Shown one piece after another: positions 37,369-47,360 of a stretch of 64,000 nucleotides of DNA. Position numbers and translations under genes: made by a program. The stretch is from IMG/VR virus record IMGVR_UViG_3300031088_000735; one strand, 5' to 3'. The notes under the pieces were generated by a model that was not told the origin of the DNA, searched no databases, and worked only from the letters and a program-made list of their open reading frames with translations. Origin of the DNA: a virus (Duplodnaviria; Heunggongvirae; Uroviricota; Caudoviricetes). How positions within the stretch are numbered: the first letter of the stretch is position 1; each line of letters opens with the position of its first letter.

Positions 37369-37653
37369 ATGTCATTCATTGCCAGTGTGGTCAATCGTCA
37401 TGGCTATGCCCATGCTTTCTGCAAATCCAGTCACGGCCATTACTACACAGGTGGTCGCAGAGGCACGGAAGTGGTTTTTAAATCGGTGGATGAGTTCAAT
37501 CGTTTTGTGGCTCACTTGAAAAGCCTCACCGTTGATGACCCGCGTGTTTCTCAGTATGATATGGATGTTTTTGGTCTGGTAACGGGACGTGTTCAGTTCG
37601 ATCTGGCTCCACCTACCGATGACAAAGCTCGTTCGATTACCAACAAATTTTAA
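37369..37653 (+). CDS. hypothetical protein
   Basis: RBS aggaga. Confidence 0.5.
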   Translation: MSFIASVVNRHGYAHAFCKSSHGHYYTGGRRGTEVVFKSVDEFNRFVAHLKSLTVDDPRVSQYDMDVFGLVTGRVQFDLAPPTDDKARSITNKF

Positions 37654-37668
37654 TCAATAGGAGTTATT

Positions 37669-37977
37669 ATGAAAAAATTACTGGGTATTTTGATTATTCC
37701 TTTTTTTCTAACAGGTTGTTTTGAACCAACAAAACCTTCACAAAAATATAAAGATAATGCAATTAAATATCAAAAGGAAATTGATATTGCTCGAGACAAT
37801 GGCCCTCAAGATATTATTTGTCGAACAGGTGATGTGATCACCTATGAACACAAAAATATTATATTGTATCGCGGAATTAACGACACAACTTTACGAATTG
37901 ATGTTTATGAACAAGACACCGAAGAAAAAATCATTGTTTCTGGTGATTGCAATATCAGGCCACATAAGCAAAATTAA
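37669..37977 (+). CDS. lipoprotein (AT-rich)
   Basis: MKKLLGILIIPFFLTG-C lipobox. Confidence 0.5.
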   Translation: MKKLLGILIIPFFLTGCFEPTKPSQKYKDNAIKYQKEIDIARDNGPQDIICRTGDVITYEHKNIILYRGINDTTLRIDVYEQDTEEKIIVSGDCNIRPHKQN

Positions 37978-37985
37978 CTGTTAAG

Positions 37986-38009
37986 AAAACCGCTTTCGAG
38001 TGGTTTTTT
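37986..38009 (+). terminator. rho-independent terminator (recurring family)
   Basis: aaaaccgctttcgagtggtttttt. Confidence 0.6.
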
Positions 38010-38070
38010 GTTGTTTCTTTTTTGAAAAACCTGTATAATGCACTATCTAAACCTTCATGAGACTTTTACT

Positions 38071-38754
38071 ATGAAACTGACTCACGCAGATATCATCGTT
38101 AAACGCACCATGCTTGAACATCCGCTTATTTCCAAAAGTCGTCTGTCGGTGCTGTCTCAAATCTTGCTCCGTGAGCCTGATGCCCAGTGGGGTGCTGATG
38201 GTTGTGTTCATGTCTATGGTGTGAAGGAAACGAATCCTCGTAAAGCTGTCATGAAAATGCCTGCACATTTATCTCAGCCGATTGAGATTGACGAAGAACT
38301 TCACAAACTGATGCCTGATTATTATGAGGCTCGTTTGGTTGAGCGTGAACTTGAAGTCATGCAATATGCGTTCATCGAAAAAAACATTGATTGCTTTGCA
38401 AAGCGTAATCTTTCGCATCAAGCAAAATTTGATGTAAAAGTGTTGACAGCCAATGCTTCTAACCCACTCATTTTCAATGTTCCTGACAATGTTGAAGCTA
38501 GTTGGAAAAAAGCCGCTTTGGAAGTGATAGATGCTGCTATTCAAGCTTTGTTGGAAAACGAATTTATTACCCGTAGTCTTAATGGTGAAAAAAATGATCC
38601 ACTTAAAGCCATTCATTGGAAAATGGGTTATTGGGCTAGCATGTATGAAAAATTCTACAATGCTCGGGAAAAACTTTCGCCAACGAAGGTAAATCCAGAA
38701 GCAAAAGCAGAGCTTTCTGCTTTGTGGGAATCGGTTGTCAATCCAGAACAATAA
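38071..38754 (+). CDS. hypothetical protein
   Basis: Promoter ctgtataat at about 38024. Confidence 0.5.
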   Translation: MKLTHADIIVKRTMLEHPLISKSRLSVLSQILLREPDAQWGADGCVHVYGVKETNPRKAVMKMPAHLSQPIEIDEELHKLMPDYYEARLVERELEVMQYAFIEKNIDCFAKRNLSHQAKFDVKVLTANASNPLIFNVPDNVEASWKKAALEVIDAAIQALLENEFITRSLNGEKNDPLKAIHWKMGYWASMYEKFYNAREKLSPTKVNPEAKAELSALWESVVNPEQ

Positions 38755-38770
38755 TTTACATTTTTGTTAA

Positions 38771-38797
38771 AAAAAACCGCTTTCGAGCGGTTTTTTA
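38771..38797 (+). terminator. rho-independent terminator (recurring family)
   Basis: aaaaaaaccgctttcgagcggtttttt. Confidence 0.6.
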
Positions 38798-38855
38798 TTG
38801 ATAAAAATTTGTTTTTGTTTTAAAATTAAACCTTCTATACAGGAGTCAGTTGACG

Positions 38856-39182
38856 ATGTATTATCATGTCACTCTTAAGCGTAATCTACATTCTGTTCTT
38901 GAAAATGGGATTGTTCCAGCTATTGGAAAACGTTCACTTGAAAAAGGTGAAAAGCTTCCAATGGTTTATCTTTTTCCTAGTCAAGAACATTGTGAAGACG
39001 CTCTTTTGGGTTGGCTTGGCGATTGTTTTGAAGACGAAGAAGATGATTTGATTATTTTGGCTATTAATCCGGCTGGTCTTCTGGTGGTTGATTCTGGTCA
39101 TTTTGAATTGACATGTTGTACACCTATCGCACCTGAATCCATTCATAAAATTTATGATGAATCCTTTGATGAGATTGTCTAA
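38856..39182 (+). CDS. hypothetical acidic protein
   Basis: RBS aggag. Confidence 0.5.
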   Translation: MYYHVTLKRNLHSVLENGIVPAIGKRSLEKGEKLPMVYLFPSQEHCEDALLGWLGDCFEDEEDDLIILAINPAGLLVVDSGHFELTCCTPIAPESIHKIYDESFDEIV

Positions 39183-39260
39183 ACTTTATTTTTTTTCTTG
39201 TATAAAACTGTTTTTTGCAGTATAATAACCCCCTAAACCAAAAACATCGGGAATCTAACA

Positions 39261-39836
39261 ATGACCATTATCAATGTTGGTAAGCGAGCTAACTTCTCAT
39301 CCGTTTCGGAACTGAAACGCACGTTGGAACACGTCAAAGCTGGTATTAAAATGTCGGTGAGCTTGTTGGATAAACAGGACGTAATCGTTCCGCAAGAATA
39401 CCTGTTCACTTTCCGTATGGGGCACAAAATCCATACTGTTGCGGCAACTTCGGAAGCTGTTTCGAATGGCTCCTTTGATTTGAGCATGCAGCTTAAAAAG
39501 CTGGAACTGCCTGACTTCCAAAAAGTGAACCTTCTCGTTGAACTGGTAGCCTCTTCTCTGGCTGAACGCATCAATTCGATGAAGTCAGATGTGTTGAGCA
39601 TCAAAGGTAGCGACATTCGTTTCCGTGCCAAGCACATTATCAAACCTGCTCAACCGGGCCAAGAACACCTGAACGCATGGTCTAATTTGACTGATGTGGT
39701 TTCGGTTGTTGTCACTCGCCTTCCAGAAAATCCAGACGTTCGCGTTCAAGCTGAATTGGATCATTTCCTCGAAGTTATCGAAAAGTCAACCATTTTCTCG
39801 GTAGATAAAGATGGAAATCTTTTGATTAATCTGTAA
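39261..39836 (+). CDS. hypothetical protein; paralog of 25799..26344
   Basis: Promoter gcagtataat; C-terminal similarity described under 25799. Confidence 0.5.
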   Translation: MTIINVGKRANFSSVSELKRTLEHVKAGIKMSVSLLDKQDVIVPQEYLFTFRMGHKIHTVAATSEAVSNGSFDLSMQLKKLELPDFQKVNLLVELVASSLAERINSMKSDVLSIKGSDIRFRAKHIIKPAQPGQEHLNAWSNLTDVVSVVVTRLPENPDVRVQAELDHFLEVIEKSTIFSVDKDGNLLINL

Positions 39837-39907
39837 AAATGCTTGCTCAAATAGTAGATTTTCGGTATACTAGCCCCATCTAATCAACGACACGAAGGAA
39901 ATTAAAA

Positions 39908-40522
39908 ATGACTAAGACTACTGTTCTGAACCACTCGGCAATGTCGGCTAAACTGCGTAGCATCTTCAACGCTAACAAAGACATGAAAGCGATTTCGAAA
40001 ATGCTGACCCAAGAATTCAGCCTGACCAAAACCGACATGCCAAACGTAATGAACCTTGTCATGAAAAATGGTGAAGTGCAGCCGGTGACCATCATCGAAA
40101 ACCGCTTCGCTGTCATCAGCTACGCCAAACCGAAGGGTGCTAAGCCTAGCACTATTTTCCTCAACAAATCGACGCCTATCACTTCGATGAAGGCCAGCAA
40201 AGTTGTTGTGGTTGACCTTGAAAAACGCACCATCGAAAACGGCGACTCCTTTGTAGGGTTTTCGCTTGATAAAGGTGGTAATGTGCCAGTTGACTTCTTG
40301 CTGGGTAGCTCGCTGGAACTGGTGGCTGTTCGCAACTACATCAACCACACTCAACTTTATGTTGCTACGTTGGCTGACAAAGTTTTGGTTGCTGACAACA
40401 TCAAGGCAGTTCGTGCATTCGTCAACGCCGAAGTCAAAGTGGTAACCGAAGCTTTCGCTCCAAGCGAAATGACTGCACTGACCACTGAACTGACCGAAGC
40501 TCTCGAAGGCATTCCAGCCTAA
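39908..40522 (+). CDS. hypothetical protein
   Basis: RBS aaggaa; terminator at about 40540. Confidence 0.5.
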   Translation: MTKTTVLNHSAMSAKLRSIFNANKDMKAISKMLTQEFSLTKTDMPNVMNLVMKNGEVQPVTIIENRFAVISYAKPKGAKPSTIFLNKSTPITSMKASKVVVVDLEKRTIENGDSFVGFSLDKGGNVPVDFLLGSSLELVAVRNYINHTQLYVATLADKVLVADNIKAVRAFVNAEVKVVTEAFAPSEMTALTTELTEALEGIPA

Positions 40523-40640
40523 GTAGTAACCTTCACGAAAAGCCCTTGACTAGCTCAGGGGCTTTTTTTTGCGAAATAAAAACTATATTTTTCAGTTGAT
40601 TTATATTATAATGAGTTATCGAAAAAAATGAGTTTTTCCA

Positions 40641-41171
40641 ATGTTCATTAATATACAAGAAACCATTGATCATGTTAAATTGCGTAAAATTACAGCAGAA
40701 CAGTTAAATCATTTGGTAGCATTGGAAGGTATTTTTCAGGAAACTCAAAACGCCCGAATTGAAGCGAATAAAACTTTAAAATTAATGTGCCCGATCAAAG
40801 CAGCTATTCGAAAAAAAATAATCATACGCACAATAAATATTCGAAATCATATTAGAAAATACCTTGAAAAAGAGTTTTTAGTTGAAATTAACACAGCACG
40901 CCATAGAGACGTTATTCAAAAAATTCAAACACCAATTTGGTTTAATGAATTTGATAAATTTGTGTATGCTGAATGTATAGATTTATGTAAAGCTCGTAAA
41001 AAATCAACGGGTATTGATTGGCATGTGGATCATATGATCCCTTTGCATGGTATTATTGCTAGTGGTCTGCATTGTGCTTTAAATTTTCAAGTCATTCCGG
41101 CATATGTTAATTTAGCTAAAAATAATAAAAATATTATGCAGGAGCATTTTGAGTGGATTATGTTCGCTTAA
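40641..41171 (+). CDS. HNH endonuclease (AT-rich, freestanding)
   Basis: WHVDHMIPL...HCALNFQVIPAYVNLAKNN His-Me finger pattern; AT-rich relative to neighbours. Confidence 0.5.
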   Translation: MFINIQETIDHVKLRKITAEQLNHLVALEGIFQETQNARIEANKTLKLMCPIKAAIRKKIIIRTINIRNHIRKYLEKEFLVEINTARHRDVIQKIQTPIWFNEFDKFVYAECIDLCKARKKSTGIDWHVDHMIPLHGIIASGLHCALNFQVIPAYVNLAKNNKNIMQEHFEWIMFA

Positions 41172-41245
41172 AATCTTTTTTTTGTTGCACTCAATGTCTA
41201 TTTTTGCTATAATTACTCCATCTTAAAACGAGTGAGGATTTTACC

Positions 41246-42118
41246 ATGTTTCATACCAACGGAAACCGTCGCCCATCGCCTACTCTGTCCATCGTGATTC
41301 GTCATCATGGCAAGACTTTTAACGATGTTGTTCGTTTTGTGGGCAGCTATTTCAATGGCGTTAACAACAGTCGTAGCACTGTTCTGTTGGATAAAAAAGC
41401 TTTTGCACAAGCTCTGAAACCAGTGAGCACCTTCAGTCAAATTGAATGGAAATCGGTTGAAGACACCTACAAGAGTGAAGGTAATTACACACTGTTCAAC
41501 CTCAGCAAAAGTTCGACTAAATACGAAGCCTTGCTCAACATCTACATTCTGCCAAAAGAAATGATGTTGGAAGTTCCAAAACAGAAAGATACCAACTTTG
41601 AAGCAACACTGAACCCTGACTTTATCGTTGAAGAAAAACGTGTAAGCCAAGGCCCGGTATTGTCGATTTTCAAGACCGAAGACATGAATGGCGTGCATTA
41701 CTTCAAAAGCAAGACAGAAGCCATGTATTACGTCAAAAACGACGAATCGGCATTGTCCACTGTTGACGCTATCCGTGTTGGTGATGAATACTTTGAAATC
41801 AAGGCCAAATTGCCAGCTTTCAAAGCAGTCAACGTGAACGAACACAAGCTGTTTGCTTTCAACGGCTTTAAAGCTCCAAAAGACCAGACTACGTTTGTGG
41901 CGAGTGTTGAGCGGGCAGATAACTTTGTATTCAGCCATGACGTTGACTCGTTTGAAGACGGTGTTTACAAAGTGCAAGGCAATCTGACTGGGGTTATTTT
42001 GGTCGAAACTGCCACCAGTAAAATCAAGAAAAGCTCTCGCAAAGCCTACTTCTTGAAATTTGGCACCGACGAATACAAAAAAGTCGTTGCGGAAACTCCG
42101 GTTGTAGTGACTGTTTAA
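41246..42118 (+). CDS. hypothetical protein (290 aa)
   Basis: Promoter ttgctataat; RBS gagga. Confidence 0.5.
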   Translation: MFHTNGNRRPSPTLSIVIRHHGKTFNDVVRFVGSYFNGVNNSRSTVLLDKKAFAQALKPVSTFSQIEWKSVEDTYKSEGNYTLFNLSKSSTKYEALLNIYILPKEMMLEVPKQKDTNFEATLNPDFIVEEKRVSQGPVLSIFKTEDMNGVHYFKSKTEAMYYVKNDESALSTVDAIRVGDEYFEIKAKLPAFKAVNVNEHKLFAFNGFKAPKDQTTFVASVERADNFVFSHDVDSFEDGVYKVQGNLTGVILVETATSKIKKSSRKAYFLKFGTDEYKKVVAETPVVVTV

Positions 42119-42242
42119 TTAGTCCAACGAACTGAAAAAGACCTAGATATAGGTCTTTTTTTGTTTCAAAAAACTTATTTTCGTTTGATTTCCCCCTTGT
42201 TCTTTGATATAATCCATTTAAATAATGACTAGGTATTCTAAC

Positions 42243-43028
42243 ATGATTTCTGGGATCGATCCAAAAGCTGTTTATGACATGTTTTACAAGGCTGATTACA
42301 TTCCGTTGAGCGAAACTATTGTTCGCTTGAACATGTTGGCTAGTTTTATTGAAAATCAGGTTGAAAAACGAATAAATACTAAATCCCATATGATCAGTGA
42401 TGACACATCTGGTCGTAAAGAGAGTCTTAGTGACTGCAGTATTGTTGAATGTGCTGCACAGACAAAGGCTTTTCAGGCCATCGGGCTTTGGATGACTTCA
42501 AAAGAAAGCAACCATGACCGCGATTTTGTCCCCACACCTTACCCACACTTTAAAACCTTTTACAAGTTGACTTATGCACCGGGAGCTACCACGCAAGCGG
42601 AAGCAGACGAATTTCATAATGATTTTTACCCTATGCCTGTTTTCTTTGGCTTGCATCCAGCCGTTTACAAATATCTGTTGTCGGCTCTTAATTATGAGTA
42701 TACTTTTGGCATTTTTAACTACACTATTATTCACTGGTTAAAGTCGCTTGAAATTCCAGAAGTTTATTGGACGACTTTGAATTTAGAAGTGAAAAATGAA
42801 AAATATTTTCGATTCGTCCCGATTGATGTAGCAAAACGAATCCGTCATTTTGTCAGTATTCTTGAACAGTCCCCATTGACCAGCAGCTATGAAGCTACCT
42901 ATAACATGCTGGACATTTCAGAAGGTGAACTTGAATCCGAAGCCAATCGAATCGCTCTAAAAATTAAAAAGTTTATGCAAAAAATGTCGATTTTCAAATT
43001 TCTGGCAAATCGTTCAGAATCCGCCTAA
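42243..43028 (+). CDS. hypothetical protein
   Basis: Promoter ttgatataat ends at 42216, making ATG 42225 effectively leaderless, so 42243 was chosen. Confidence 0.45.
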   Translation: MISGIDPKAVYDMFYKADYIPLSETIVRLNMLASFIENQVEKRINTKSHMISDDTSGRKESLSDCSIVECAAQTKAFQAIGLWMTSKESNHDRDFVPTPYPHFKTFYKLTYAPGATTQAEADEFHNDFYPMPVFFGLHPAVYKYLLSALNYEYTFGIFNYTIIHWLKSLEIPEVYWTTLNLEVKNEKYFRFVPIDVAKRIRHFVSILEQSPLTSSYEATYNMLDISEGELESEANRIALKIKKFMQKMSIFKFLANRSESA

Positions 43029-43111
43029 AAGGCAGTTTTCTTTAAAAATGTTGTGAAAGGCATTTAGAAATGTGATATACTTGCAACCTTAATCAAAAAT
43101 AGGTGAACGTC

Positions 43112-43378
43112 ATGGTTGATCGACACATTGTTAAAAAATCTGCATTGGAACTGATCACTGATCAGAAAACCATGCCCGCTGATGCGACGATTGTTATTCT
43201 CGCCAGTGACGTGTTGGCCCTGCGTGAAAAACTTGGGTTTTTTGAAATCATTGCCAAAGAACACCGCGATCTGTTGCAACGCCTTCGCTATTCTGATAAT
43301 GATGAAGGGGATCGTGATGCCAGTCGTGCCCGTGAAACGATTCGTGTTATCAATCAAAAACTGGATCTCAAAGTTTAA
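43112..43378 (+). CDS. hypothetical protein
   Basis: RBS aggtga. Confidence 0.45.
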   Translation: MVDRHIVKKSALELITDQKTMPADATIVILASDVLALREKLGFFEIIAKEHRDLLQRLRYSDNDEGDRDASRARETIRVINQKLDLKV

Positions 43379-43450
43379 ATTTCTCTTGTAAATGTGGTTT
43401 TTGATTGGTATAATTACCCCACACAAACAGATACCTATGAGGTTCTTAGC

Positions 43451-43810
43451 ATGGCTACTCTTCAACAGTTGAAAAACAAAGACTTCTCCTACAATGAAGA
43501 CAACAAGGCTCAACTGCATCGTGCAGGCACCAAAGCCCTGAAAGCACTCGCTGTCAAGCTGGCACTTCCAGCCGGTTCCTTCGATGTTCGCAGCAACAAA
43601 GGTGGTATTGCTGTCTCGGGTGAAATTACCCTGCACAGCGACAAACTGTATGTTCAAATTTCTGACTCTTCTTCTGGCCGTGGTCTGCAAGTGTTGTTCC
43701 GCACCTGTAACGGTCGCAAAGACTACTCTGGTGGTATGAACAACTTCGCCAACATCGATCAGTTCGAATCGGACGCTTTTGTTCAACAACTCCAACGCAT
43801 GTCAGCCTAA
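43451..43810 (+). CDS. hypothetical protein
   Basis: Promoter tggtataat at 43404-43415 forces an internal start; RBS gagg. Confidence 0.45.
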   Translation: MATLQQLKNKDFSYNEDNKAQLHRAGTKALKALAVKLALPAGSFDVRSNKGGIAVSGEITLHSDKLYVQISDSSSGRGLQVLFRTCNGRKDYSGGMNNFANIDQFESDAFVQQLQRMSA

Positions 43811-43949
43811 CGGTTGATGGTGCAAACGACCCGGACATTGTTCCGGGTTTTTTCTTTTGGATAAACCTTATTTTTACTTGAAAGACATTATGCTTTTTGT
43901 TATAATGGCTATATACCTAATTAACCTATATGAAAAAAGAGAATTTAAA

Positions 43950-44345
43950 ATGAATCACACGGATCTTGTCCAAAAAGCAATGGAAGCTAAGGAACACGCT
44001 TATGTTCCAGAATCTAAATTTCGTGTTGGCGTTGCTTTGTTGACCAAGAAAGGTGTGTTCTTGGGAGCAAATATTGAAAATGCCTCCTATTCTATGTGCA
44101 GTTGTGCTGAACGCACTGCATTTTGTGTTGCTCATATGCAAGGTTGCCGTAAAGGTGACTACCTGAGTATCACTATCAATGGTGACACCGTTGACCCGCT
44201 TCCACCTTGTGGGGCTTGCCGTCAAATCATGAGCGAATTTTTTGAACCTGAAACTGAGGTTATTCTTTCCAACAAGGAAGGTAAATTCAAGGTTTATAAG
44301 TTTGAGCAAATTATGCCGCTCACCTTCACAACATTGGATTGTTAA
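43950..44345 (+). CDS. cdd: cytidine/deoxycytidine deaminase (small homotetrameric CDA type)
   Basis: Zinc motifs CAERTAF and PCGACRQ at canonical spacing; 131 aa. Confidence 0.75.
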   Translation: MNHTDLVQKAMEAKEHAYVPESKFRVGVALLTKKGVFLGANIENASYSMCSCAERTAFCVAHMQGCRKGDYLSITINGDTVDPLPPCGACRQIMSEFFEPETEVILSNKEGKFKVYKFEQIMPLTFTTLDC

Positions 44346-44443
44346 TTTATCAAAAAACTTCATTTTGGTGGCAATAATAGCTTGCTCACCTCAATGAATG
44401 TTGTTATACTTATCCCACTTAAACAAGCCAAGGATACAAAATC

Positions 44444-44857
44444 ATGAATACTTCCAAGCCTTCGACCCTCGTATTGCTGACCAACGCTTTGACTTCGGCT
44501 ATCAATGGCCTCGATAAAAACATGCACGTTCTCGATAGCGTCACTGCATTCGACTCGATTGATGAAGAAGCCAACCTGCGTCTGCTCGACAAGCATAAAA
44601 TGACTATCCATCGTCTGGATGGCTTGGTCGGTATCATGCGTAGTGCAGAAAACTCTGGTGAACGCTCTGTTCGTCTTGACCCTATGCAAATGCACAGCGT
44701 CAACCGTGCGGTTCTGGAAAAAATCGCTGAACTCGACAAGGCAATGGCCTACTTCTGCCAGATGGGCGAATCCGAAATGGTTGTTCGTTCCTTCCAGAAG
44801 CAAATCGAAGCCCTGCACATGGCTGTTTTCGAAGCTAATAGCTGGATAGGCTATTAA
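44444..44857 (+). CDS. hypothetical protein
   Basis: Promoter tgttatact; RBS aagga. Confidence 0.5.
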   Translation: MNTSKPSTLVLLTNALTSAINGLDKNMHVLDSVTAFDSIDEEANLRLLDKHKMTIHRLDGLVGIMRSAENSGERSVRLDPMQMHSVNRAVLEKIAELDKAMAYFCQMGESEMVVRSFQKQIEALHMAVFEANSWIGY

Positions 44858-44937
44858 TCGGTAGTTAAGCAACCAACAGAGGTTTTCACCAGTAAAAGCC
44901 TCTTTTTCATTTTTTAAACAACTTAAAAGGTTAATCC

Positions 44938-45600
44938 ATGACTCTTTCGATTGATGATGTTAAAGCCCTTGTATCCACGTATGAGAAAGAATGGCGTGAA
45001 CTTCGTGACAAGCTTCTGCCTGTTCCCGATAGCGTCCTGATGCCTTATAGCGACTATGACTGCGATGATGAACCTTCACAAACGGTTGCTGATTTTGTCA
45101 AAAATATCAGCCTGCAACACATGCCGGAAGAAGCCATTGCTATGCACGCCAAGTTGGTTGAAGATTTGGAAAAGTTTTCAAACATCGTTAATGATAAAGT
45201 AATGGAAAATGTTAAATTCAATGAAGGTATTCATGCACAACTGGATCAACTGTTGGCGGATTTGATGGCGAAAGTCACCACCATTCCTGAATTCCAGATT
45301 GACGGTTGCATCACTGTCAATAAAAAGAACATTCACCCAGATGATTTTGATGCGTTTATTGATATTTACAAAGCACTTGGCTTTACGCATTATGTGATTA
45401 TGTCCGGTTCCGATTTGCTGTATTACTCTCGGGCTACTGGTCATTTCAACACTATCAAAGAGAAATTCATTGATGAAATGCCACGGGCTTTGCGTCAACG
45501 CTACCCGACGATCTTGAACTTTATGCAAAATGGTCGTATTGATACTAATCCAACTCACGGGAATGGCTTGTATAAAGCGATGTCAGCCAGACAAGCCTAA
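44938..45600 (+). CDS. hypothetical protein, member 3 of the four-gene paralog family
   Basis: Core VNKKNIHPDDFDAFIDIYKALGFTHYV...DLLYYS. Confidence 0.55.
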   Translation: MTLSIDDVKALVSTYEKEWRELRDKLLPVPDSVLMPYSDYDCDDEPSQTVADFVKNISLQHMPEEAIAMHAKLVEDLEKFSNIVNDKVMENVKFNEGIHAQLDQLLADLMAKVTTIPEFQIDGCITVNKKNIHPDDFDAFIDIYKALGFTHYVIMSGSDLLYYSRATGHFNTIKEKFIDEMPRALRQRYPTILNFMQNGRIDTNPTHGNGLYKAMSARQA

Positions 45601-45724
45601 CCGTTCACTGTTTAATGAAGGCATTCCAGCGATGGCGTGCCTTTTTTGTTGTCAAAAATATTGTTTTCATTAATCAAAAATGCTATACTATCGCCATGAT
45701 TAAAAAACTCTTAGGGTGAATAAT

Positions 45725-46375
45725 ATGTCGATCACTTATGCTCAACTTGAACATTTGACCAACGCTTACAAAGCTGAACGACTGGCATTAGAAGCTTTGA
45801 TTGTGCCTGTCCCGGCCAGTCTTGACATTTACAATCCTTCAACACAACAACGCACTACCTTGCTGGCTATGTTGCGTGAAATGGACGATGGCACTATGCC
45901 AGAAGACATTAAAGAATCTCATCGAGTGGCCCAAGCCGCTTTGTTGGCGTTTCATAATAATATGAACGCGGCCATTCATGAAGCAAAAATGAACAATTAC
46001 AATGTCAGCATGAAAATTCGTGGGTTGCATACCGCCTACTTGAACGAAACTGATATTCCAGAACGTAAACTTAAATCAGCTTTGATTATCAACAAAAAGA
46101 ATATTGATGAAGAAGACCATGCAGCAATGGTTGATGTTTACAAGGCACTGAAAATCACGCATTATTCTACTCACACTCTTCGGGATTTTGTATATTATGA
46201 TTCAGATGTTTTTGACTTCCACACCATGAAAAATATGTTGGTTATGCACTCACCCTCAGCGTTTCAATTCAAATATCCTGATTTTTGGGATGAAATTCAA
46301 GATCGATTTGTAGACAATGATCCTTTGTCTGGCTCTGGGAGTTTCAAAACTCTTATCTACGCCCGTAAAGCATAA
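45725..46375 (+). CDS. hypothetical protein, member 4 of the four-gene paralog family (tandem with member 3)
   Basis: Core INKKNIDEEDHAAMVDVYKALKITHYS...DFVYYDS. Both tandem copies end in similar terminators (ggcattccagcgatggcgtgcc vs ggtattccagtgatgggatgcc). Confidence 0.55.
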   Translation: MSITYAQLEHLTNAYKAERLALEALIVPVPASLDIYNPSTQQRTTLLAMLREMDDGTMPEDIKESHRVAQAALLAFHNNMNAAIHEAKMNNYNVSMKIRGLHTAYLNETDIPERKLKSALIINKKNIDEEDHAAMVDVYKALKITHYSTHTLRDFVYYDSDVFDFHTMKNMLVMHSPSAFQFKYPDFWDEIQDRFVDNDPLSGSGSFKTLIYARKA

Positions 46376-46503
46376 CCAGTCTGATTACCACGAAGGTATT
46401 CCAGTGATGGGATGCCTTTTTTGTTGTCTACAATATATAAAATAGATTTCTATCAGGCACAAAAAAACCGGAGTAATCCGGTTTAGGCTTTTCTTATGTT
46501 TTC

Positions 46504-46752
46504 TTATTCTTTCACTGTTTCGCGTTCAACCAAATCATCCATTGATCGTTTCAGTTTCTTGCCAATGTAATGCCATGCTTCAAGCCCACGATTCACTACA
46601 CGCCAAGCGTTATGCGTGTTGACACAATACCACTCGCCATTTTCAAAACGATACCAGCTTTCAGCATATTGAAAATCGCTGCTTTCAGCCGCATAATGCG
46701 TGGTTCCTGCAGGTGCTTCATGCCAAGGAATTTCTTTTTGAACTTCTGTCAT
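46504..46752 (-). CDS. hypothetical Trp-rich protein, minus strand
   Basis: Minus-strand promoter tgtattataat and RBS; convergent terminator at 46465-46490. Confidence 0.45.
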   Translation of the reverse strand: MTEVQKEIPWHEAPAGTTHYAAESSDFQYAESWYRFENGEWYCVNTHNAWRVVNRGLEAWHYIGKKLKRSMDDLVERETVKE

Positions 46753-46892
46753 AATCTCGTTCCGTTATTGAGTTTTGGACATCTATTATAATACATTTTA
46801 TTATGAAAAACAACCTTTCCAAAAACTATAAAATGTTGAAAATGCACACAAATGCTGTTATAATTACGTCATTACTTATAGAGGTTAATCTC

Positions 46893-47360
46893 ATGTGCAA
46901 ACCTACTCTTCCCGTTGCCCAAGTCGAATGCAAAATCAGCAAATCGGCTATGCTTATTCGTGAACGTGTGTCGGCCAATGATTACCCACATAAAGATATT
47001 GCTTCCAAATTGGGGGCTGCCGAATATACACACCAGCGTTACCAGTCTCATCGTAACTATCTGGATGATAATTTTGCGTTTGTGTCTGAAATCCTTAAAG
47101 ACGCTAGTTTCTACCACTCCCGTGATCCAGAAATGTTCTTTATGGCGACTCAGCGTCCAAGTTGGGAATCTGCCCCGGAATGGGCTAATTTCTTGACAGG
47201 TAGCCTTGATGGTTTTTGGAGCTGGCATGAAGTTCGCCCAACATATCACAACCGTGAAATGTTTCGTCCTTGTGGACGTATGAAATCCGTTGATACTGGG
47301 ATGAAAAATACTCTTTGGTCTAACTCGATCTTTGAACGTCCTGTTCTGGTGATAGCATGA
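46893..47360 (+). CDS. hypothetical protein
   Basis: Promoter ctgttataat; RBS agaggt. Confidence 0.5.
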   Translation: MCKPTLPVAQVECKISKSAMLIRERVSANDYPHKDIASKLGAAEYTHQRYQSHRNYLDDNFAFVSEILKDASFYHSRDPEMFFMATQRPSWESAPEWANFLTGSLDGFWSWHEVRPTYHNREMFRPCGRMKSVDTGMKNTLWSNSIFERPVLVIA

